The position numbers were made by a program, and so were the translations under genes. This document shows, in pieces, positions 41,106-50,717 of a DNA stretch of 64,000 nucleotides. Within the stretch, counting starts at the first letter, position 1. The number at the start of each line of letters is the position of its first letter. This stretch comes from an uncultured Candidatus Binatia bacterium (GTDB lineage Bacteria > Desulfobacterota > Binatia > UBA9968 > JAJDTQ01). The notes under the pieces were generated by a model. The model did not search any database, was not told the origin of the DNA, and was given only the letters and a program-made list of their open reading frames with translations. The stretch is from positions 2,112,001-2,176,000 of the forward strand of contig OZ219754.1 of assembly GCA_964291295.2 (NCBI GenBank), written 5' to 3'.

Positions 41106-41214
41106 GGCAGCGTTGCCATCCATCAGGAATCTCGCCGCACATCATGTTGTCGTGATGAACAAAGGCGGCGAGGGGCGCTACAGTCGCCATGGTCGACAGG
41201 AGCGGAGACCTTCC

Positions 41215-42774
41215 ATGATCGAAAGACGTCTCAGAGAACTGTGGGAGCAGTTGCAGGGAAAAAAACCCCACCTTCCGCATTTTCTCGTCGAAGTCTGTCT
41301 GAAAGGAATACGGGGCATCGACAACCTGAGGACCATGTTCGACTATCCGGTGAGCGTGATCGCGGGTGGCAATGCCAGCGGAAAATCGACCGTGCTGTTC
41401 GCGGCGGCCTGCGCCTACCGGGTCCCCGGTGCCGGCGTCAAGGATTTCGTGCCGTCCACGCTGTTTCCCGATTATCGCCCCAGGGCCGGGCAGCGCGAAG
41501 ACCACAAGGACGAAGTTGTCATCGACTTCGACTATGCGACCCCTGACGGTCGGCGCTCCATGCGCTGGCGGCGCTCCAAGGGCTGGAACCGGAGCTTCCT
41601 CGGCCGAAAAAATGCCAGCCAGCCGGAACGGCCCGTCTATCTGAGAACCCTCAGCAATCTGAGCAACCCGTCCGAAGTGCGCGGCGTCCTGAGCATGTCG
41701 CGTTCCGATCGTGCGCCGCGGGAAACGGCGCTGCCCGCGTCGCAGATAGAGTTCGCGCATCTCATGCTCCCGTTTCGGTATTCGGAGGTCGTGGATCTGT
41801 CCAGCGGGAGCAAGAAGCTGCTTTTCGCTGCCCAGGAAGGCGGCGCCGCCTGTTCCGAACTGCACATGTCCGCTGGCGAACGGGCCATTCTCCGTCTTTC
41901 CCGGGAAATCGCTCAATTGAAAGAGGCATTGGTCCTGATCGACGAGGTGGAGGCGGGTCTGCATCCCTGGGTGCAGCAACTTCTCATGTTGCAATTGCAG
42001 CAACTTGCGCTGCGCAACGACCTTCAAGTGATCGTCACCTCCCACAGCCCGGTGGTGCTTGACGCAGTGCCGGCGAACGGGCGTATCTTTCTCGAACGCG
42101 GCGATACGGGTCGGGTCACGGTTCGCCCTGCCTATCGCGATATTGTTCAGAATGCGCTTTATGGGCGATCGGGAGATGCACTCCATCTGCTCTGTGAAGA
42201 CGAGGCGGCCGAGGGCATTCTGCAAGGCGTGTTTGATGTGCTGCTTCTCCGGCTGGGAACAAGGATGGAATCGGTTCGCATCGGCCGCGATACCGGAGCC
42301 GACGAGTTCGTGTCCCATGCGGCGGCATTCCGGAAATTCGGCCAGATCGACAATTTTGTTTTCGTGCTGGACGGCGACAAGCGCGGAAGCGCTGCCGAAA
42401 TGAAGCTGCGCGGTCAGGCGGCAAGCAGTCCCCTGTTGTTTCTCCCCGGCAAGGTGCCGGAAGCCTGGGTGTGGGGCATGTTGAAGGGCTTGTCCGCCAA
42501 AGATGCCGCCCGGGCGGGGCTCGAAGCAACCGATCTTGCGACGCGGATGAGTCAACTGGACTCGATTTACGATTCTGCGTCCGATTCGCCCGCGCGGATC
42601 GCCAAGACAAAGCTGCGCAGCTTCGCCGAGGCTGTGCGCCGGAGTGTGCCGGATATCGCCCGCGCGATCGGGCGGCTGAAGACGGAGCAACCGGAGAGCG
42701 ACCTTCAGCCGTTGGCGGAGGGGCTGGAGACGATATTGCTCCAATGGCGCACCGCCGATCGGCCGCCGTACTGA
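41215..42774 (+). CDS. ABC-type ATPase fused to TOPRIM-like domain (OLD/PARIS-like)
   Basis: GGNASGKST, MSAGE, LIDEVEAGLHP, TSHSP; C-terminal LCEDE and VLDGD. Confidence 0.78.
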   Translation: MIERRLRELWEQLQGKKPHLPHFLVEVCLKGIRGIDNLRTMFDYPVSVIAGGNASGKSTVLFAAACAYRVPGAGVKDFVPSTLFPDYRPRAGQREDHKDEVVIDFDYATPDGRRSMRWRRSKGWNRSFLGRKNASQPERPVYLRTLSNLSNPSEVRGVLSMSRSDRAPRETALPASQIEFAHLMLPFRYSEVVDLSSGSKKLLFAAQEGGAACSELHMSAGERAILRLSREIAQLKEALVLIDEVEAGLHPWVQQLLMLQLQQLALRNDLQVIVTSHSPVVLDAVPANGRIFLERGDTGRVTVRPAYRDIVQNALYGRSGDALHLLCEDEAAEGILQGVFDVLLLRLGTRMESVRIGRDTGADEFVSHAAAFRKFGQIDNFVFVLDGDKRGSAAEMKLRGQAASSPLLFLPGKVPEAWVWGMLKGLSAKDAARAGLEATDLATRMSQLDSIYDSASDSPARIAKTKLRSFAEAVRRSVPDIARAIGRLKTEQPESDLQPLAEGLETILLQWRTADRPPY

Positions 42775-42811
42775 AGGAGCCGGCGCCTGTTCCAACGGCA
42801 AGGGCCGCGAT

Positions 42812-43840
42812 TCAGGCCGCGGCGTTGCCCTCGGCCGCGGGCCGGACCTCCGCCATGAGCCGGGCGATGATGTCCAGCGATGACAGCCCCTCGGCCTGGG
42901 CCTTGAAGTTGGGAATGATGCGGTGGCGCATCACCGAGGGCGCCATGGCCTGGACATCTTCCACCGACACGGCGAAACGCCCGTCGAGGAGGGTCCTGGC
43001 CTTGGCGCCCAGCACCAGGAACTGCGACGCCCGCGGCCCCGCACCCCATTCGACGCACTCCTTCACCACCGAGGGCGCCAGGGGGCTGCCGGGGCGGGTG
43101 GCCTGGGCCAGGGTGACGGCGAAATTCACCACGAAGGGCGACACCGGGACCCGCCGCACCAGTTCCTGGCAGGCGGCGATGGCCGGTCCGTCCATGACCT
43201 TGGCCGGCCATGGCCGCTCGGACGAGGTGGTCTGAAGCACGATCCGGACCTCCTCCTCCAGGGTCGGATAGGACACCTCGATGTTCAGCATGAAACGGTC
43301 GAGCTGCGCTTCCGGCAACGGATAGGTGCCCTCCTGTTCGATGGGGTTCTGGGTGGCCAGGACAAAGAACGGCAGATCCAGGGGGTAGGTGCTGCCGCTG
43401 GCGGTGACCCGGTACTCCTGCATGGACTGGAGCAGCGCCGCCTGGGTCTTGGGCGGCGTCCGGTTGATCTCGTCCGCCAGGAGGACGTTGGTGAAGATCG
43501 GCCCTCTCAGGAACTGGAACCGGCGCTGGCCGGTGGCGGCGTCCTCCTGGAGAATGTCGGTGCCGGTGATGTCGGAGGGCATCAGGTCCGGGGTGAACTG
43601 GATGCGGTTGAAACTCAGGTCCAGCACCTCGGCCAACGTGCTGATGAGCAGGGTCTTGGCCAGACCCGGTACGCCTACCAGGAGGCAGTGACCCTTGGAG
43701 AAGAGGGCGATGAGGACCTCGTCGATGACCTTGTCCTGGCCGACGATGACCTTGCGTATCTCCGCAATCATGGCACGGCGTTTCTGTCCGAACTCCTCGA
43801 TGGCCTGGAGTTCCTGGTCCAGGAGCTGGGTTTCGTCCAT
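42812..43840 (-). CDS. MoxR family AAA+ ATPase
   Basis: GVPGLAKT, RIQFTPDLMPSD, DEINR, ATQNPIEQEGTYPLPEAQLDRF. Confidence 0.96.
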   Translation of the reverse strand: MDETQLLDQELQAIEEFGQKRRAMIAEIRKVIVGQDKVIDEVLIALFSKGHCLLVGVPGLAKTLLISTLAEVLDLSFNRIQFTPDLMPSDITGTDILQEDAATGQRRFQFLRGPIFTNVLLADEINRTPPKTQAALLQSMQEYRVTASGSTYPLDLPFFVLATQNPIEQEGTYPLPEAQLDRFMLNIEVSYPTLEEEVRIVLQTTSSERPWPAKVMDGPAIAACQELVRRVPVSPFVVNFAVTLAQATRPGSPLAPSVVKECVEWGAGPRASQFLVLGAKARTLLDGRFAVSVEDVQAMAPSVMRHRIIPNFKAQAEGLSSLDIIARLMAEVRPAAEGNAAA

Positions 43841-43845
43841 GGCGT

Positions 43846-45474
43846 CTAGGTTCCTTCCGCGCGGCTCGGATCCTGGCCCTGGCGGCGCAGCGCCCGCAGG
43901 GTCGCCCGGGTCTTGCGCGCCGCCTCGTGGTCGCCGGAGGCCTCGTGGACCCCGCCCAGGATGTGGTACACGCCCGGGTGGAACGGATTGATCTGGAGCG
44001 CTTCCAGCAGCGGCGTGCGAGCCTGCGTGTAGTTGCCGGCCTCGTAGTGAAGCCGGCCCATCAGATAGTGGGTGTGCACCTGGTCGGGATCGAGATACCG
44101 GGCTCTCTCCAGGTGCGGCCGCGCTTCGTCGTAGCGCCGCGAGTGAATCAGGGCCTCGCCCAGGCGGTTCAGGATGACCGTGGAGTCCGGCCCCGCCCGG
44201 AGCGCCCGGCGATACTCGGCGCTGGCGGCCCGCAGGCGGCCGCGCTGGCGCAGGCGGTCGCCCAGCCGGGTGCGGTTCCTGGCGACCTCGGACTGGATCT
44301 CGCTCAACTCCACGGCCGGCTGCGTCTCGCCGTCCCGCGCCACCTTGTAGCGGCGCATGCGGCTGCCCCGGATCACCGACAGCCCCTGTCCCTGGACGAA
44401 ACGGCGCCAGTCGGCCTCGAAGCCGTCCAGCGGCACGCCCATGACCGCCTCGATGGCTTCGGCGGTGGACAGCCGGTTCACAAGCGCGAGGATGTCGCGG
44501 ACGCCCGCCAGCCCCTTGACCCGCCGGACGTAGTCAATGGCCGAGGCCACCTCGGCATAGGCGAGCTGGACCTGTTCCGGCGTGTCCAGCCGGATCAGCG
44601 ACGGCTCCATCTCCTTGAAGCTCACGAACTCCTGCCGCTCGATGGCGGTGGCCAGCAGGCTTTCGTTGGCCGGGGTCAGGTAGTCCGGCTTCGCCCCCTG
44701 CACGGGATTGCGCCACACCGTCTCGTAGTAGCGGGCGATGCCCTCGTGCAGCCAGATGGGCGCCTTGTTGCGGGTCATCCGGACGATGACGAGATGGATG
44801 TACTCGTGGACGAGGGCATCAAGCCAGCGGAATCCGTGGGCCATCACCCGGGGCGATAGGATCATGACCTTGTTGAACTTGCACAGTCCGATGGCTCCGG
44901 TCTCCTCGATGTCCCGGAGCGTGAAGGTCGTGATGGCGGTGAAGGACTGGACGTCCGGGGCGATCTCCACCCGCACCTTGCCGCGCGGCCGGTAGCCCAG
45001 CGCCCGTCCCACCTCCTCGCGCGCCCGTTCCAGCGCCGCCAGCGCCGGCTCTGCCAGGATGGCGTCGTCTTCCTCGTGGAGGTGTAGCAGGAAGTGGTCG
45101 CTTTCGTAGCGCCTGAAGTGCCGGGTGACGTCGCGGGTCTGTTGCAGCAGCAGCCGCAGGGCTTGCCGCCGCTCGTCCCCGGCATCAATGGCCAGGGCCT
45201 TCTCCACGGTGGCCAAGGCCCGGGGGTAGGCGCCCTCGTAGTAGGCCAGCAGCGCGGCCAGGTCCAGCGCCTCCACGGATTGCGGCCGCGCCTCCACAAG
45301 CCGCTGGATGATCGGCCGCGCTTCCTCCACCCGCCACGCGGCCATGAGTTCCCGCGCGGTCTTGACCTCGGAACCGTTCGGGACGGATTCCGCGCCCTGG
45401 CCGTGGTGGATGGCGCCAAGGGCGAGGAGCGCCGCCAGCCACAGGATGCGGCAAGTCTGTTTGCAGGAGGCTAT
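43846..45474 (-). CDS. Exported TPR + peptidase MA-like (HExxH) protein
   Basis: HEYIH...WLHEG, TPRs. An in-frame signal peptide upstream of ATG 45345 implies a start near ATA 45474. Confidence 0.78.
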   Translation of the reverse strand: MASCKQTCRILWLAALLALGAIHHGQGAESVPNGSEVKTARELMAAWRVEEARPIIQRLVEARPQSVEALDLAALLAYYEGAYPRALATVEKALAIDAGDERRQALRLLLQQTRDVTRHFRRYESDHFLLHLHEEDDAILAEPALAALERAREEVGRALGYRPRGKVRVEIAPDVQSFTAITTFTLRDIEETGAIGLCKFNKVMILSPRVMAHGFRWLDALVHEYIHLVIVRMTRNKAPIWLHEGIARYYETVWRNPVQGAKPDYLTPANESLLATAIERQEFVSFKEMEPSLIRLDTPEQVQLAYAEVASAIDYVRRVKGLAGVRDILALVNRLSTAEAIEAVMGVPLDGFEADWRRFVQGQGLSVIRGSRMRRYKVARDGETQPAVELSEIQSEVARNRTRLGDRLRQRGRLRAASAEYRRALRAGPDSTVILNRLGEALIHSRRYDEARPHLERARYLDPDQVHTHYLMGRLHYEAGNYTQARTPLLEALQINPFHPGVYHILGGVHEASGDHEAARKTRATLRALRRQGQDPSRAEGT

Positions 45475-48400
45475 TGCGACAACTCCCTGAAGTAGCGCTC
45501 GACCTGTTCCTTGTACGGGTCCGGCACGGCCTCTTTCAACGACTCGAGAACCTCCTGGCGAAACCTCTCGGGCTTGTAGTCGTCTTTGCCGGGAAGCTTG
45601 AACTTTTCCGTGTCCAGACCGCTGAGGCTCTCGTCGAGATCGTGGTAGGGAAACTCCGGTGTGCCGGTCGGGGGCAGGAACTGGCCGGAGGGCAGGAAAC
45701 GGCCCCGCCGGAACACGCGCACCAGGGGTACCCGCCCGAAGCGCCCCCGTTGCGCCAGCCGCTGCATGGCCTGTTGCATCTGCGCGCCGGACTCGGAGAG
45801 GAGGCGAATGGCCTCCTGTTCGGGCGGGATGGCCCGTCCCGGCCGCAGTGAGCCCAGTTCGCGGGCGGCCTCGCCCATGAAGTCGCCCGCCTCGGCGATC
45901 TTGTGGACGATCTTCGGATCCAGCGACGGGAAGAGTTGGAACAGATACCGAAGTCTGGCCACCAGATCCCGGGTTCTGGTGGTCAGCACGTCTTCACGGG
46001 TGGCCAGTGCCCGCACCGTACTCTTTCCGGGCAAGGTCCACCCGGGGCCGGGGATGTCGGCAAGGGCCTGATACTCCCGGGCCAGCGCCGCCAGCGTCGC
46101 CAGCGCCCCCTTGAGGGGGGACTGGAGGGGAGCCATTGCCGCAAGCTCCTCGGACACCGCCCCGAACCGCTTGACGAATGCGTCGAAGTCGCGGTTCCCG
46201 ATCATGTCCCGCAGCTCCGACAGGAGCCCGCGGACGGCGGCGTACCGGTGGCGTTCGGCCGGGGGCCGGCGGCGGTCGTGCCCCAGGCCGGGCGGGGTCA
46301 GCAGCGGATCCAGCACGGCCAGGTCGTCCTGCAGGCCGCCTGCGAAACGCTCGAGGGCCTCCGCGCGCAAAGCGTCGACGGCCGCATTGGCCTCCTTGTG
46401 GGCACTCTCGGTTCCCAGCAGGATCTCCTGCTGTTCCTGGAGGATCTGCTGCAGTTCGTCGCTGGAACGGTTCATGGCCCCTTGCATGCGGGTCATCATG
46501 GACTCCTGGGCCTGCTGCTGTCCGCCCCGGAGCGAAGCCGCCAGTTGCGCCATCTGGTTGAACAACTCCCGCGCCAACTGCATGGCTTCCTCGATCTTGC
46601 CTTCCATGAGCTTCTGGCGGATCTGGTCCATCATGGACTGCATGTCGGCGAAGGGCATGTCGCGCAGGTTCGCCGGATTGATGAACGGGTCCGGGACCTG
46701 TTGGGCGAACCGCATCAGCGAGGCCTGCAACTCCTGGAGCTGACGGGCCAGCTTCGACAGTTCCTCCAGCACCTCGTCGAGCTCCTTGTGGCCGCTCCGC
46801 AGCTTCTCGAGGGAGTCCACGAAGCGCTCCTGGTCCTTGACCGCGTCCCGGGCGGTGGCGGCCATGTTCTGGCCCGCGAGTCGTCGGCTCAGGTCTTCGC
46901 TCAGCAGGGACAGCCTTTCCAGTTCCGTGGACAGGGCGTCGTGGGCCTGTGCCTGCTCCGCCGCCGACACCGCCCGGCGCATCCTGTCCGCGGGACCGCT
47001 CCGTGCATGCTGGAGGTTTCGTTTCAGGACTTCCAGGTCGGACCAGGTGGCGAAATCACTCAGGCGGTCCTCGCGGGTACGCCGCATGGCTTCGTCCACG
47101 CGTTGCAACATCCTGTCGAGTCCCGCCACCAGCGGTGCGGCCGGGTCGTCCGAGGTCCATGCGCCGGGAGGGTTTTCCAGATGGTCCCCCAGAAGGTCCA
47201 CCATCTTGTCGGAGATGTCGCGGATGATCTCGGCCACCTCACGGTGCTCGGCCTCGAGGTTCTTGAGGCGAAGGCTCAGGGGACGCGACCGGACCCGCTT
47301 GGGGCCCGAGATGGTGTCGTTGTCCAGCACCTCGAGATGGTAGGTCACGACATCGCCTTCCTTGAGGCCAACGGTCTCCAGATCCCAGATGAAGGTCTCC
47401 TGGAGGGTGCGGGCAACCTCGCCGCGCCACACCGGGATGCGCTCCTCCCGGTCGCCGACGGCCGCCACCAGCGTGACCTGCCGGATGCCGTGATCATCGC
47501 TGGCGCGGTATTCCAGAGCCAGCCGCTCGTCTCCGTTCACTTCCAGGTCTTCCGACGGTTTGAGCAACTCCACCCGCGGGAAGCTGTCGGGCACGGCGAC
47601 CATTTCGTAGGGGACCGGCAGGTTCTCGAAGCCGAAGGGATCCTTGAGGCGGATGCGGTACGGCTGCGAGCGGAACAGGACGACACTTCCCTGGGCGTTG
47701 TCCCCGGTGAGCTTCAGTGGAACCTCCCGGCCGTCGGCCAGGGCCACCACCGCCTGCGCCATGCCCTTGTTGGTGGTGGCGGAGAAGTTCAGGGTCGAGC
47801 CCTTGACGCCGCGCACGTTGCCGCCGCCGAAGGTCTGGTGGGGGAGACCCGTGTAATGGGGCGGATAGAGCGTCACCGTCAGGCCGGTCACGGCCGGCCG
47901 GTCCACCGCCGTGATGGTGTACCACGGCGACGCGAACGGTCCGGTGACGACCTGGTACAGGAGATCCCCGGTGACCTCGGGGAGCACGGCCGCGTACCGG
48001 CCGGTCTCGCCCGGGTCCATGACCACGGTCTGCTCCGCACCGCCGGCGGCCGCCGGTTTGAACACGAGTTCCACCACGTCCGGCCGGGCTCCCGACGTGC
48101 CGGCCTCGACGGAAACCGCGGCGCCCCGGATCACCCGCACGTCCCGGGTGACCACGTGAATGAAGATGTCCGCCGGCGGCAGATGCTCCAGCGGATGCGC
48201 CACCAGCGCCAGGGTGCGGCCGGGAAAGTCGGGGAGCCAGACCGCCAGGGCCAGCACCGGCGCCGCGGCAAGCGCCAGCACCCGGGCCTTGTTCCGCAAG
48301 GGCCGGGTATCCACCAGCGTGTCGGGACGCACGCCCCGTATCTGCTCGCGGGTCTGGCGGAGCAGGGCCAGGATCATGGGGGCGGAATCCCCGGCCGGCC

Positions 48401-48830
48401 GGGCCGGATCCGCCACCTGCGGGTAGAGTTGCAGCGAGTTGATGAGGTTGTTGCGGAACTCCGGTCGTTGCCTTTCGATGGCCCGAGCCGCCCAGGACAG
48501 GCTCCGGGAGCGCAGGAAACGCAGCAGGGTGACCCCGGTGACCACCAGCAGGGTGGCGATGGACAACAGGCTGAACGCCAAGGGGGCGTAGGGCAGGAAC
48601 GTCTTGACCGCGTCGACGCCCAACCCCAGCGCCGCCAGCGCCGCCAGCGCGGTTCCGGCCAGGCACAGCGACTCCAGACCCTGGACTCTTCGGAGCCGTT
48701 CCACGAAGCGGCGCAGGAAGTCGTCTATCGGACGGTAGTCGTCTATCGAACGGTGGTCGTCTTCGTGCAATGGAGCGTCCTCACGGCGTTCGGGGAGTGC
48801 TGGACCGACGCTTTCGTTCTCTGACCTCAT
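45471..48830 (-). CDS. DUF4175-like large membrane/coiled-coil protein
   Basis: N-terminal TMs, PPHYTG, ASDDHG, DNDTISGP, Q-rich coiled coil, C-terminal PDPYKEQVERYFREL; start uncertain. Confidence 0.78.
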   Translation of the reverse strand: MRSENESVGPALPERREDAPLHEDDHRSIDDYRPIDDFLRRFVERLRRVQGLESLCLAGTALAALAALGLGVDAVKTFLPYAPLAFSLLSIATLLVVTGVTLLRFLRSRSLSWAARAIERQRPEFRNNLINSLQLYPQVADPARPAGDSAPMILALLRQTREQIRGVRPDTLVDTRPLRNKARVLALAAAPVLALAVWLPDFPGRTLALVAHPLEHLPPADIFIHVVTRDVRVIRGAAVSVEAGTSGARPDVVELVFKPAAAGGAEQTVVMDPGETGRYAAVLPEVTGDLLYQVVTGPFASPWYTITAVDRPAVTGLTVTLYPPHYTGLPHQTFGGGNVRGVKGSTLNFSATTNKGMAQAVVALADGREVPLKLTGDNAQGSVVLFRSQPYRIRLKDPFGFENLPVPYEMVAVPDSFPRVELLKPSEDLEVNGDERLALEYRASDDHGIRQVTLVAAVGDREERIPVWRGEVARTLQETFIWDLETVGLKEGDVVTYHLEVLDNDTISGPKRVRSRPLSLRLKNLEAEHREVAEIIRDISDKMVDLLGDHLENPPGAWTSDDPAAPLVAGLDRMLQRVDEAMRRTREDRLSDFATWSDLEVLKRNLQHARSGPADRMRRAVSAAEQAQAHDALSTELERLSLLSEDLSRRLAGQNMAATARDAVKDQERFVDSLEKLRSGHKELDEVLEELSKLARQLQELQASLMRFAQQVPDPFINPANLRDMPFADMQSMMDQIRQKLMEGKIEEAMQLARELFNQMAQLAASLRGGQQQAQESMMTRMQGAMNRSSDELQQILQEQQEILLGTESAHKEANAAVDALRAEALERFAGGLQDDLAVLDPLLTPPGLGHDRRRPPAERHRYAAVRGLLSELRDMIGNRDFDAFVKRFGAVSEELAAMAPLQSPLKGALATLAALAREYQALADIPGPGWTLPGKSTVRALATREDVLTTRTRDLVARLRYLFQLFPSLDPKIVHKIAEAGDFMGEAARELGSLRPGRAIPPEQEAIRLLSESGAQMQQAMQRLAQRGRFGRVPLVRVFRRGRFLPSGQFLPPTGTPEFPYHDLDESLSGLDTEKFKLPGKDDYKPERFRQEVLESLKEAVPDPYKEQVERYFRELSQ

Positions 48831-48867
48831 TCTAGGCCTTTTTTCTCCCGGATCACAAGAGTGAGTC

Positions 48868-49761
48868 TTGTCCAACGCAAAGTGAGCCTGAAGCAGGGGT
48901 GTCGGGGATCATCAGGAGATGATCGTGACACTTCGAACGGAACGCTTGGGGCCTATCGAGCAGGTTGCGGCCTTCGTCGAGGCGAGCGAGCCTGTAGACT
49001 TTTACCCGACCGAACGAGTCGACACCTGCGAGTTCGTGAAGCGGACCTTGGTGCGGCTCGGCTACAGTGGGTGGGACAAGCCGTCCAAGGCGCGGGTGAA
49101 GCGCTTTCTGGAAAAGACCACCGGCTACTCTCGGGCACGCGGCTGATTCGCCAGTACCGCAAGCAGTATCGCAAGACCGGCCGGGTCGTGGACCGACGCC
49201 AAGGCAACGTCCCTGCGCCCGGGTCTACTCGCCGGCGGACATTCGGCTACTGGCGCGGGTGGACGAGGACTTGGGCCCGATGTCAGGCCTGGCGACACGG
49301 GTCGTGCGGCAGCGCGAGTTCCATCTCTTCGGGGATCCGCGCTTCGAGCGTCGGGCGGGGATCTCGGCGAGCCATCTCTACGTGGCTCCCGCATCTACCG
49401 GAGGCAACGCACGGTTGTCGTCGGCACCCATGCGGGCGCCGGGTCTGTGGGCGAAGGGAGCGCCCCGCAGCCCAACGGTCGGCCCGGTTTCCTGCGCGTG
49501 GACACCGTCCACCAGGGCGACCGCGACGGTGCCAAGCGTGTCTATCTCATCAACCTCGTGGACGCACTCACCCGTACGAGTTCTTCGGCGTCGTAGCCGC
49601 CATTTTCTCCCCTCCGCACCCCCTCCGATACCCTGTCTCTTCCAGAGACCTCTCCCGAAAACAGCTCATGGATTACCCTCACGAGGCAACTCCTCCACTC
49701 TGCCTCCCTCAACCCTCCCGCGGCCCCATCCACAGGCTCATCTTCTTGTTGGAATATGCTG
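48868..49761 (+). mobile_element. Degenerate IS (integrase-core DDE transposase), copy 1
   Basis: Frameshifted MIVTLRTERL...GFLRVDTVHQGD..VYLINLVD; imperfect IRs TCCAAC..TGAGCCTG / CAGGCTCA..GTTGGA. Confidence 0.8.
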
Positions 49762-49832
49762 AGCCATCTGCCAAGGACCAGGTCGTCCCCCCCCCTGGCC
49801 ACGAAGACCAAGGGCAACTCGCGCGAAACCGT

Positions 49833-50630
49833 CAATCCGACGAGGAACTCGCGCCAGGAATGGGTGTCCAGGTCCAGCGTCTCACTGCTCCATGCGGTGT
49901 CGGCCCGCAACAGCGTCGCTTGGTCCAGCGCATGGGTGAGGTCGAGCCCGACGGAATCGATGTTGCCCTCGCCGAGATTGCCCTCCTCGTAGTCGATCCG
50001 CTCGCGGCTGAGCGACGCGCCCAGCCGCCATGTCTGCCCCGCCCGAAAGCCCGATACCCAGCGCCCGGCTGCAGGCGGTGCCGCCGAGCCAGCGCTGCCG
50101 CGCGGTCACGTCGGGACGCAGGTCGAACTTGTCGAACAGGAAGCGCGGCCCGGCGTACAGGTTCGACGATCTGTTCGTTGAAATCGCTCTCCCGGCAGGT
50201 TCGCGTCCGGAGCCCGCCGCCGACCCGGAACCGCAGGTCGGGCGAAATCCGCCCTTCGTAACCGCCCGACAGGCTGACCGTCACCCCGACGCCGCTGGTC
50301 CGGCGCGCATCCTCCGACAGCGTGGCCCGCTGGCCGAACAGGAGGATCTCCCGGGCATCGGTCCTGGCGTTGCTGTTGGTGTCGGGCACAAGCGCCACCA
50401 AGCCGGTAACCGACCATCGCTTGCGCCGCCGGATGCGGTCGAGAAAGGCGAGTGCCGAGGCGCGCACCGTCTCGGGCAGGTCCTTCGCGCCCAGCGCCAG
50501 GCGGAAATGACAGGCCGCATTGCCGTCATCCTCCGCCTGAAAATAAGCGCGAGCCGCACCCGGGGCAGATCGGGATTGCGCGCCAGCATCGCCCGGAACC
50601 GTGCCATCGCCTCCCGCCACTCCCCGCGCG
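49833..50630 (-). pseudogene. Slam/DUF560-like TPR + beta-barrel surface lipoprotein assembly modifier, degraded
   Basis: Frame-split AMARFRAMLARNPDLPRVRL / ARAYF...FLDRIRRRKRWS...PDTN; truncated at both ends. Confidence 0.72.
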
Positions 50631-50637
50631 GCTGTCG

Positions 50638-50679
50638 AAAAAGAAAAGGGCGCCCGATCCGGAGATGGATCGGGCGCCC
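50638..50679 (-). terminator. Intrinsic terminator of the lipoprotein gene
   Basis: 13-bp stem GGGCGCCCGATCC/GGATCGGGCGCCC followed by TTTTCTTTTT on the minus strand. Confidence 0.85.
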
Positions 50680-50717
50680 CGCTCCGTGAACCACCGCCGG
50701 TGACGGCGACCTGTTTA

